A DNA stretch of 64,000 nt from Chrysomallon squamiferum. Its lineage: Eukaryota > Animalia > Mollusca. Made by a program: the position numbers and the translations under genes. The notes beneath the pieces are model-generated. The model ran no database searches. It was not told the origin of the DNA and worked only from the letters and a program-made list of their open reading frames with translations. Where the stretch lies: assembly GCA_012295275.1 (NCBI GenBank), contig CM022666.1:3286001-3350000 (forward strand). The letters are read 5' to 3'. Positions 26,448 through 39,480 of the stretch are shown here, piece after piece (the first letter of the stretch is position 1; every line of letters begins with the position of its first letter).

Positions 26448-27050
26448 CATTTGTCTGAACGACTGGTACACAACAAAGAGGTTCCGCCACAAAGCTTATT
26501 GCTTGCATTGTTGCACGGAAGTGGGAACCAGTGTATAAAACTTGTTAATTCAAAATGTTAACTGTCCGGCCCCAAAAGAAAAGCGAAAATTGTTTGGTTC
26601 GTCTTTGTCGTGTTTTGAAACGTGTCGTTAGTTAATGAAATGAACCTTGAACCAACACTGAACAGCATTAATGGAGTGTCCTTGTGTTCGCATCCGCGCC
26701 TTTTGTTCCGTGCTCGCTGATAGAAAGGTGATAGCAGCGGTGACGATTTGTTCAAATTCGCGAATGACGGTTTTTTTCCGGTAGCGAAAATATTTTTTCA
26801 CGTCGTTCTCGCGTTTTTCTCTTCCCGTCTCTCTTCTTCAGTGTCTACCTATCTACTTTTTTTTTTTTTTTTTATCTCATTCATTCCTTCCTTCTTTCTT
26901 TTTTCTCTCATTCATACTTTCTCTTTTTCTCTCATTCATTTTCTTTCTTTCTGTTCTTTCTCTTGTCTTTCTCGATCTCTGTCTTTTCCTTAGATATCTT
27001 CTTCAATAATTCGTCCAGTAAATAATAACACACACACACACACACACACA

Positions 27051-27152
<102 letters not shown>

Positions 27153-28063
27153 GTCACTCTCTTTGCATACACACACAACTGAAGATTGTATAACGTGCAA
27201 GCAAAATAAATTTATTGCAGAAATAAAGGTCAAATATGAATTATGTTTGCAATTAGATAAATAGCATTGTAATAAATTTAAATATCTGACATTTGATAAT
27301 GACATTAATTTGCATTTTAAAATTCATAATTTGCCGTTATATAATTAAACGTTTCAAAATAAAATTTTATAAAACTATTAGCAGAATAGAATAAATTTAT
27401 ACGTCTTCTTTTTCTTTCTTTTCTTATACTACTACTACCATTACTATTATTACTACTACTACTACTACAACTACAACAACTACTACTACCACTACTGCTA
27501 CTACTGCAACAACAACAACTACTACTTCCACTACTAATTTACTACCATTACTAAACTGCTAGCACAACATCTACTACTACTACTTCAACAACAACAACAA
27601 CAAAAACTAATACAACAACAACAACCACTAATACTATTATTATTACTACTAATAATAATACTTTCATTATTGGTATTATTACGATAATATTAAAAAAACA
27701 AAACAAATGAAATGTAATAAAATTACTAATCAGATACTGTAATCAAATTCTTGATGTTTAAGCACGCTTGTTCAGCCAAAACAAAAACGTCTAGTCTCCC
27801 CTAAGCTACTTAAAGGCGCTCTGACGCTCAAAAACAAAAGAGTCGACCGTTTAGCAAGACGTAATTTGTACAACGAAAACAAAGTTGTTACGTCAAACTC
27901 TAAAGGGGAGAAAATTCGGGTTGAGTGATGACAGGGCCGCTCCCTAGGGGACAATTGTTGACACGAAAACAAGATGGCGGGAAGATAAAATGACAAATTG
28001 GACTAAATTACCGGTTTTCATTTACGCGAAGTATTTTAGGGAGCCACGCCTTTTAAAAGAGAT

Positions 28064-28132
<69 letters not shown>

Positions 28133-28142
28133 GATGAGATGA

Positions 28143-28177
<35 letters not shown>

Positions 28178-29223
28178 AGAGAAGTTACTAAAATGAAAGA
28201 AAGATAGAAATAAATGACAAAAATATACTAGATAAAATAAAAAGTAAAATAAAAAAACAAATGAAATAAACAGACTAATAAAATAAATAAATAAATAATT
28301 AAATAAAAAACACAGAAACAAATTAGTTCATTAAGTAATTCCATAAAATAAAATAAAATAAAATAAATAACAAAGAAAACAAAAATAAAAATAAAATAAG
28401 GAAGATTCACTGAAAATTAAAATAACCAACCAACAAAAAAAAAAAAAAAATTAAAAAATCACAACACAAAAAACACAACAGATTGTGAAATGGCGTGAAC
28501 TACAAAAACACAGACAACATTGTTTTTTTTTTTTTTCTCACATCGGATACGACGGCGACAAACAACAGCGCAAACCAGATACAGGTGAAAAGAAAGCGGA
28601 AATCGACTATTTTCTCTGATATATTTATAAATTAGCGCGAAATCAACAGCTAATTAAAGAAGCGTGCAAATCTCAGTTTTGCTTCCTATCCTGGAAATGA
28701 GAAGAAACGAAATTTACACACAGAACAAAAACCTTCATTGTAGTCCGTTGTTTTCGTTTCTTCTGCAAACTGTTTGTGTTTACTTCACCGTAATCTTTTG
28801 ATCTTTAACGATGTAAATTTCATAATCGGACCGTGAAATTAACACTTCTGTGTCCGTAATTAACACAATGTTAAAGTATACTGTGTTTACAACGAGACGT
28901 AATTTTTTTGTTTTTGTTTAGTGTTGTTTATTGTATCAGAAACGAAACTAATATAAGCAAGATGTGTTTACCCCAGACTTCCTTTAATCCGTGTTAATAG
29001 TTATTGTATAAAAAGAATATAAAAAAACCTAGCGTATACAAGCTGAAATAATTTTACATAAATTAGACTAATTTCTCGTTAATGATTAAAACCTGGTAAT
29101 TTAACGTTAATTAAAAAATATAAAAAAAAAAATGTTAAAAATCTTTTATTAATTAAAATCATGAAAGATGAAGGGGAAAAACAGAAAGATGGATTAATAT
29201 GTATTTCTGTGTAATTAAAAATT

Positions 29224-29262
<39 letters not shown>

Positions 29263-30278
29263 TCTATTAGATAAGAAAAATTATTATTAATTTAAAATGA
29301 TCATCATTATCGTCATCGTTATTATTATTATTACTTCTACACTGCTACTATTATTATTATTGCTGTTTTTGTCAACTAATCAACAAAATACCCTTTTATT
29401 TTTACCATTTATCTTTTTTTTTCTTTTTTTTTAATCTATTGGTAAACAAAGCTATTTTATTATGAATTATATGATTTTAATAATAATAATAATAATAATA
29501 ATTATTATTATTATCATCATTCTTAATTTATTTGTTTTTTTTATTGAGAAATATCTTACTAGATTTCACTAAATAATCGAAATACCAAATTCCATTGCTA
29601 AATATATCTGATTAATTCTATTCTAAAATTATTGTCACTTTTCGTTTTGTGATTTTTTGACATTTACACCTCTAGTTTTAAACAATGGATTATAATTCGG
29701 CGGATTACGGCCGATTCACTTTGTCCTATCTGTCTTCACATAATTGGAAAAGAAAACCATCGACAAAAGTAAATCTAGATTTCTTCTTTTTCTTTTTTTC
29801 TTTTTTTAAAGAAAATTTCGCCTCGCAGAGGGAGGGAGAAAGTTATTGTCTTCCGCTGCACCCCTCTGAGTTTTCCGTTCATCGAAAACTCGAGTAAAAA
29901 AAAAAAAAAAAAAAACGAATAAGAGAAAATGACACTTGATTTAGGAAAAAAGATTACTTTGTCTCTTTCCAGTAGAGAGCGATTATCAGGGGGAGGTAAC
30001 CCATGGCGATGCCATAAAGACAAATACATATGTTTTAGGAGCAGATCAAATTAGCCCTGAATAGAAGAGAACAAAGAGAATCTTGACCGTACTCGACCCC
30101 CTCCTAACCTTTCGCCGCACCCCCTCCCTCTTTGCGAATTTGAAGTCGACAATAGAGAGCGCACGCAAAATGTCCTGATTTTGGTGACGTCAGAAGATTT
30201 AGTGTCAAAATAGAAATCTTATTTCACACTTAAACTGTGCAAGATTATGTCTGATTTTGATGTCTTTGGTTCTTGTTA

Positions 30279-30313
<35 letters not shown>

Positions 30314-30417
30314 CTCTTGTCTGAATTTGTGACATTTTAATATGCACGTTGTGACAAGAATTGTCAGGCGTAATGAATGCAATTATATTTGATTTGTTTC
30401 AGTAATAGTGACAAATC

Positions 30418-30457
<40 letters not shown>

Positions 30458-30470
30458 AATGGAAGAAATT

Positions 30471-30640
<170 letters not shown>

Positions 30641-30973
30641 TCCCTCCCTCCCTCTTCTTTTGGTTTACTCATTATAACATCCATCTAACATCAATATTTA
30701 CAAACAGTCAATTTCTGTACCATTTTGTTTTCACATTCGATTCAATTACAAGATGGTCACTATTCTTTTTTAAAGATTAGATCTACGAGTTCAGTTAAAG
30801 TTTTGAGATCATAAAATCATTTTTGGGTTCAGCCTCTGCAGCAGCTGTTGTTGTTGTGTCGCGGTAACACGTGTATTTGCAGAATATCCGAAATCATCAG
30901 CGTGTAAACAAAACGTGATTTTCACACAAACGCTAATAAAACAATTAGCTGGAAAGAGATACGAGAGTGAGAA

Positions 30974-31033
30974 ATGATATACGCAATCACACAGACACTG
31001 TTTAAAATATATAAACATAAATACATAGGGAGG

Positions 31034-31079
<46 letters not shown>

Positions 31080-31123
31080 ACGCAAACACACAGACACTGT
31101 TCAAAATATATAAACATAATTAC

Positions 31124-31213
<90 letters not shown>
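30974..31213. repeat. Local tandem duplication (~54 bp unique + (AG)n), period 99 bp
   Basis: atgatatacgcaa(t/a)cacacagacactgtt(t/c)aaaatatataaacataa(a/t)tacatag at 30974 and 31073, each followed by AG repeats. Confidence 0.9.
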
Positions 31214-31214
<1 letters not shown>

Positions 31215-31646
31215 ATAAGAACAGATGAGAACGGAAAGACAGAGAAAGAAACAGTTAAAAAGAAATAAAAACAAAAAATATATATAAGAAGCAAAAGATA
31301 GACAGATAAAAAGATAGAGAGATGGAGGTATAATATCACACAAATAAATGGAAAACAAAGATAAATAAAACAGAATAAGAGAACATAATAAAATAAAATG
31401 AAATAAAATAAATAGTAAAATCATAGTATTTATTACATGTATCTGATTTGCATTGTTATTAAATTAAATCAAATAAATATTTAGCATGCTAAGTACCAAG
31501 TAGTTAATTTTGATTCAAACGCGCACTTTAAGGAGTATTTTATGTCTGAATAGCAATGTCTCGACTCCCGTGCCTATTTAAAAAACCAAAAATCCTAATT
31601 CTACGAATAAAAAAAAGAAGAAGAAGAAGAAAAAAACAATGACGTG

Positions 31647-31679
<33 letters not shown>

Positions 31680-32151
31680 AATTTTAAAATCTAAGAAATT
31701 CGTTAATCCACGTACGTGATACGCGATAACGGAAATAAATGAGTCCGTGGCACGTGCAAATTCGCGGCAGCGCGCGACCTCATGCAGTATTTCGCGCTCT
31801 TTTTACAATCAGATTCGCAGCACGGGCGCTGAAATAAACAACAACGTCTAGGATTTTGCTTCGTAATTTCAGGATTTTCCTCAAGATCTCGGCATGTGCT
31901 AACAGTCCTCTCTCCAAAGACTGCGTTCAGGATTTTTTCTCTCGCTAATACTGTTGTATTCTTGTCAGTGTGATTAAGCTTTTCTCAGACGCAAAGTTCT
32001 GCTGCTCACTTTAATACGTTGTTGGTAGATTTTCGGAAAATAATCTTGGTGAGATTTTATAAAGAAGGATAAACAATGGAGATCTGATAGATTTATTTTG
32101 TCTGCGTCTGATATATCTGTTTGTTTTGCTCTGTCATAATTTCTTGTTCTG

Positions 32152-32224
<73 letters not shown>

Positions 32225-32239
32225 TTTTTAGTTTTTCGT

Positions 32240-32275
<36 letters not shown>

Positions 32276-32883
32276 TTAATTATTGTTTGATGATTCTTGC
32301 TTCATCATATTCTTGATCTTATTGTTGTACCTATATATACCGTTGCTTTAACAACCCTTCTTACACGAACTCATATATATACATATATATATATATATAT
32401 GTGCATATACGTATGTTAACTACTGTATCTACAGTTCCTTGAACTCGTACATAAAACTGCAGTCCACTTCTACAAACCCTAAAACCGCAGCAAATCCGGC
32501 TGAAAACACGCAGCACACTCGAATTAATGGAAAGACCAATTTTCAGATGAAATCAATTTGAAAATAAACAAAGAGAAGGGTGACATTTCTCGGCCCAGTA
32601 CCGCGGCGTTCTGTCGCCAATGTTGACATCAGATTTGAAAATTACCCAACTACGGCACCGGCACAGCTCGAACTTTACGCACAACCACAGTTACTCCTCC
32701 AGTATCAGTAGCAGGGAAATTGCTTGTAGATTGCTGCACTTAGCAACGATGCCAAAGGTCGCTGAAATTAACACCAAAAATGAGAGACTGGAGGAAGACA
32801 TTTTTGCGAAAAAAAAAAAAAAAAAATTCTCCAGCCGTGTGATTGCCGTGTATATTAAAAAAATATACGGGTCATAGAGTGTG

Positions 32884-32986
<103 letters not shown>

Positions 32987-33210
32987 ATAGATGAAGGAAA
33001 AGGCCGATTTTTTAAATATTATTTATTTTTTATTTTTATTTTATTTTAAATTTAAATTTTATTATTTATTTATTTATTATTATTATTATTACTATTGTTG
33101 TTGTTGTTGTTTTGTTGTTATTATTGTTATTATTATTATTATTTTTTTTTATATTTGACTAAGTAAAAAAAGGAATACCATTTATTTATGTTATGCTGCT
33201 GCTGCTACTG

Positions 33211-33249
<39 letters not shown>

Positions 33250-34390
33250 ACTACTGCTACTATTACTACTACTACTTACAACATCTACTACTACTATTAC
33301 AGCTACTATCACTACCACCTCCACTACTACTACTACTACTACTACTAACAGCAATTAACAGAAGAAGAATAACAATAACAACATCGACTACAACCACCGC
33401 AACAAAAACAGCTGTGATGATGATGATAACTATGATAAAGATAACGACGATTACAATATTATACCACGAATAATAACCGAGAGAAAATGTAAATGAGAAC
33501 GAAACCGTTAATAAATAAATGAATGAATGAATAAATAAACAAATAAACAAATAAACAAATAAATAAATAAATAAACAAATAAATAAATAAACAAATAAAC
33601 AAACAAATAAATAAATAAACAAATAAATAAATAAATATATAAATAAATGAACTCGATTACCTTTGCTCTGACTGTTAGCAGTGTTTATTTCAAAGAAGCG
33701 GAAGATTTATCGACGCTATTTTCCTGACACGTCTGAGATCGCGTGATCGATCCTCACCGCTGGAATTCTTTACTATTCATGAAAATTTGTCTAAAAAAGA
33801 ACAACAAAAGAAATATTTAAAAAAAATTAAAATAATAAAAAAAAAAAAAAAAAAAATGAAGTAACTTTATAAAATGTAAAACAAAGAATTGTTCTTCTTC
33901 TGAATCTTTTTTCCATTTTTTTTCAGTGCCATGATATTTCTCTACTTTTTTCTTCATAATTATTATTTTCTTCTTTTTCATCATTTTTCTTTATCAAGCT
34001 TTTTCTGTGTTATCATCACCATCATCATCATTATCGTCATCATTATTATTATTATTATTACTAGTACAACTTCTTTTATTACTATTATTATTATTATTAC
34101 TATTATTATTATTTTTACTGCTGTTGTTTTTGTTTTGATTGTTATTTATCTTAATGTTTTCAGTGGATTTTTTTCCCATAATTTCTTTCTTCTTTTTTTA
34201 TTTATTTATTTACTTATTTACCAATTTATTTTTTAATTATTTTTATTTATTTATTTTTTATTTATTTACTAATTTACTTATTTATTTTTTAATTACTTCC
34301 ATTAATTTATTTATTCATTCTTTCATTTACTTACTTACTTTTATTTTATTTTATTTTATTTTATTTTATTTTGTCATATTTTATTTTATT

Positions 34391-34436
<46 letters not shown>

Positions 34437-35147
34437 CTCATCTTCAGTTAAACAGGTTCATGGGGTACACGTTAGTATAATAACATCCATAATGTTGTTT
34501 ATCCGCACGAGCTCCTACCCGCGTTTAACCCCGACCCCCCTCCCTCCCTCCCCCAGCGGTGAAATCGGATACTTTTGGTTGACCATCAAAATTATGTTTT
34601 GCGCGTAATTCATAGCGGTCCAGTCAGCGACACGACGTGAAACTGACAGCGAGTGGGTTGAAAGTTTCCTGCGAGAAATTTGAATGAACCTTAATGTGGA
34701 AATATACAACCTACGGTGAAATTGAAGATTGTGTTACATGCTTGTTTCTAAATACATGAATATCATCTTTTTCATTATGAGGAAGACGTGGAGATTTTCC
34801 CATAATAAGCTTTGCCTACGGGAGAGAGAGAAAAAAAAAAGAAAAAAAAAAAAAAAAAAAAAGTTCATTGCGTGCTTTGGATAAAATCGACATGCTTTTT
34901 GTATATTTATTTATTTTTTCTTTATTTTTATTTTTTATTTAAAAAAAAAAAAAAAAAATTATTATTATTATTTTTTGTTATTTTTAGGTTTTTAAAAGTT
35001 TTGATACATATGAATAGGTTTTTTTGTTAAATTTGTGTTAAGAAAATTTAATATTTATTACATTTTATGATTTATGGATTTATTAAGACGAGTTTTTTTT
35101 TTTACTTTTAATGGTTTATTGAATATTTTATTTTATTTTATTTTATT

Positions 35148-35190
<43 letters not shown>

Positions 35191-35878
35191 TGTATGTATG
35201 TATGTATGTATGTATGTATGTATGTATCCTTTCTTCTTTTTTTGTTTTTTTTTTTACAATGGAAACATACAGAAAAAAGAAAAGAAGAAAAAGAAAACAA
35301 AAAATAAATAAAGAGAAAAAGGAAAAAGGCGTAACGTAGAAAGAAAAAAAAAATGTATTTAAAATGAAATTAAACAAAAATCAACAAATACCAAACAAAC
35401 ATATTCAAATACGACAAACTGTCTCAGTTCCGGGAACAAAAGGTTAAAACTTTCAACACTTCTGGGTCAGTGAGTTTCACTTTGATCTCTTTTGTTCATT
35501 CATACAATTATTTGCACCTGCGCAGACACACACACACACACACACACGCACACACACACACACACACACAGCTATACACACACACACAGACATGCATATA
35601 AACATTCACTTTTACGCGTACCCAGTCACGCACATAAAGTCTTTGTGAGTGTGTGTGTGCAGTTTACTTTCTTTTAGTTTATAGATTCATATACTCACAC
35701 GCACACGCACACGCACACACACACACACACACACTAAAACAACTACATGTCGATGAAACAAGGACATAAATTCTTCGAATAAATACAAGGCAATAAGTAC
35801 AAACAAATAAAAAGTGTATTTCCAGTTTAGCATAGTATTTACCACTATAAGTAGTTTAATTCATTAAAACCACAAGAA

Positions 35879-35913
<35 letters not shown>

Positions 35914-36209
35914 AGCTTTCATCCTCTTTTTTGGGGGGTCTTTTGAGTACATTTTAGTGCATTTAGAACAATCTTCATTCAACTTGCAGTGTACGTTGTC
36001 TGAATTCTGGTCAGTGAATTTAGCTCGCTTGTCCGGGTTATCAGCGACATACAAAACATTCGACAGCTGTGGTAATAGTTTATGAATTTATTTTTGTTAT
36101 TTATTTTGTGTTATGTTCTGTGGCGCAGATTTTCTACATCATTTTATTTTAATTTAAATTGTTACAGATAGAGAGACAGACAAAAAACATATACAAGTAG
36201 GTAAAATAT

Positions 36210-36259
<50 letters not shown>

Positions 36260-36412
36260 AATACATGATGTACAGATGTTTGTGTAATGTACGAGTGTGC
36301 GTGTGTGTGTGTGTAAATATTTTATTGAACGAGGTTACCGAAAAATTTGCTTTTTCATTCTTCATTCTTAAAAAAACAAACAAACAAACAAACAAACAAA
36401 TAGATAGCTAGA

Positions 36413-36467
<55 letters not shown>

Positions 36468-36714
36468 AAAAGTTTAAATACAAAATAAATAAATTCGGGA
36501 TATTATAAAAAGATCAGATGTAAGGAAAAATTGAGTTGTTTTTATCGTAATAATTACATCTGGGAATTTTATACCTAAGTTTTAAAATAATGATAAACAT
36601 TTCTTCAGCGCAAAAAAATAATATTAACAATTTCTGGAAAGAAAAGAAATATGCTGACATAAAAAAACCAAAAAAAAAACCGCAATCAATAATCAAATTA
36701 AACACCAGCTTATT

Positions 36715-36793
<79 letters not shown>

Positions 36794-36999
36794 TTTATTT
36801 ATTTACTATACTAACTCATCAAACAGCTTCAATAATTATTTTATTTTAAATTTTAGAATTTAATTTGATTTTTTTTTCTTCAGAACTAGTCTTCCACGAA
36901 CATTTTTAGCTCCTACTTCTAACTCCATTCCAGATTGAGAACACTCTTAAAAACCATTTATCTAGTCAACACAAAAATTCTTCCCGTGTTTTCTTCTTC

Positions 37000-37640
37000 T
37001 GCCATAAATTCCACCAAATATGTTGCCGGCACCTGACACGACTGACCAGTGGTCAATTTGAAACAATTTGTGCAAGGCTGACTAATTAAGCTGGACAATT
37101 TAGCAACATTTTAAGATAACATTTTGAAGCATAAACCTTTATTTATGGCTCCGGTTCCGACAGCTTGCCTCTTTATCAATGATGTACTGGCCACCGGCAG
37201 AATAGCCGCTAGATGGCGTCCCCAGGGACCGCGGCAATCTGCTCGCGCTTAACTCGGGTCGACGCGATAAAAGACGAGATTTCTTCGACTTCGTTGAAGC
37301 GCTCGTGACGTCATCCGACGAGCCATAACGGGAACAAATTGACGCAATATTGACACTAATTCGACTCCGTGTTGACCGTTTCTCTCGCGCCGATGTTAAT
37401 TACGGTATCAAGTCTTTAAGCGGGAAAACGCACGTGTGGTTAGCGCGTGCACTTTTTGCACCTTTTTTATTGTTTTAGCTCGTTGTTGACACTTCCGTTC
37501 CTCGGCGTCTTTAACTTTTCTTTCCTATGACGTCACAAGAGCCACTGTTCGCGGCTCAAGTGAAATGACGTCAATTAAGGCGATTAAAAAGCGAATTTTT
37601 ATCTAGTTAAAGCTACTTAAGAAATCTGTTCCAGGAAGAC
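37000..37640. promoter_or_regulatory. Candidate insulator/enhancer island (CTCF-like, COE/EBF, three CRE)
   Basis: CCGCTAGATGGCGTC 37206-37220; TCCCCAGGGA 37219-37228; TGACGTCA at 37306, 37528 and 37566. Confidence 0.55.
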
Positions 37641-37940
37641 TCGAGTTACTGGACTAAATAAACAGAGTGCTTTTGTTTGACTTCGTTCGTTCATTCATTC
37701 GTTCATTCATTCATTCATTCATTTCATATTAAATTATTCACATTATCTGCATTATCCAGCTTAATTTATTTACGTATTCATTCATTTATTCACTTAATTA
37801 TTCATCTATGAGCAGGGCCATTTTTTTAAATTTTATTTATCTTGATACTCACAGATTTTATTAATATATTAAATTCTATTAGTCCATTTTTAATTTTTTT
37901 TTCCTTATAATTTTATAAATAAATAAATTTAAAAAATAAA

Positions 37941-37977
<37 letters not shown>

Positions 37978-38023
37978 TATGTGTGTGTATGTGACTGTGT
38001 GTTCTTGCTTAACATTTATTTAT

Positions 38024-38103
<80 letters not shown>

Positions 38104-38195
38104 TTATCTGTCTATCTATTTATTAATGTAGTTATTTATTCAGTTATTAAAGTATCTATTTATCTGTATATCTATCTATCAATATAACTATCTCT

Positions 38196-38269
<74 letters not shown>

Positions 38270-39032
38270 CTCTCTCCCTCCCTCCCTCCCTCTCTCTCTC
38301 TCCCTCTCGCTCAAAAACAGATACAAAAGCAACGTAAACATTCATAATTGAGCTATTTAATTCGTGATATCAGTGAAAAAAAAAAAAAAAAACGGTTTCT
38401 CGGTTCAACTCTTGCCAGTGCGTATCGACACAAACAGACTCCCGCAGAGTTTCCGTGAACCGAGTTTTAACGAAACTTTACAGATAGAATACTTAGACGA
38501 AGAATGCGATAGATGTCCCGAACCCAAAGCTATTCCAATTTAACAGCGGGGTACCTCCCCAAAACAAAAATATTCTGGCATGGTCAATTTGTTAAAATGA
38601 GACGAGAAAACTTCCTGCTATGTTGAGATAAGAGAGAAAGCTTCGACACAAGCGAATAACTTATTATGATGAAGAAAGTCGAGTATTTAAAAAAAAAAAA
38701 AAAAAAAAATAGAAAATAAAAAATAAAAGGATGTGCAACATGAAAGAAAGAAAAATAATCTGTTTATTTTTAAGATGATTAGTGGGTATAGTGTATGATG
38801 ACGATGATGATGATGATGATGATGGTAGTGTGTGTCTGTTGTTATTTATTTTATAATTTTTATAATTATTTTATTTATTTATAGTTTATTTATTTTTTAT
38901 TTTATTTTTTATTATTTATTTTTATTTTTTTATTATTAGTTTTTTGTTTGTTTATTGTTTGTCTATTTTTAAGGAATAAAGCCTATTAATTATATAAATA
39001 AATAAATAAATAAAGAAATAAAGAAACAAATC

Positions 39033-39077
<45 letters not shown>

Positions 39078-39129
39078 TAAAATTGCCGATAAAAAGCTTG
39101 AGAAGCTTATATACTGTAAACAATATAAT

Positions 39130-39480
39130 CAACGCGTTTAATATTAATTTTATAAATTTAATATTACCTAGCAAAACGATTATTATTTAATATTATTACT
39201 AAAAACATTTACGAGCTGATATTTATTCTGTATAAAAGCAAAACTATGAATACGTTAAAAAGTTATTTTATATATTTTATATTACAAACAAAATACGAAC
39301 GCTTCCTAAATATATTTTTTTATATATTTTAATATTATCAACGCACTGTTAAAAAAATATTTTACATATTTAATAATACAAACAAATTTACGAAGCCGTT
39401 GAATTTTATTTTATATATTTAATATTACAAGCAAAGTTTTCAACGAGTTGAAAAATTTATTTTATATGCCAAACATGTTG
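39130..39480. repeat. Degenerate AT-rich minisatellite, unit roughly 40-55 bp
   Basis: Recurrent ttttatatattt(t)aatattacaaacaaa...acgaa.gc.ttgaa variants, roughly 6 copies. Confidence 0.65.
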
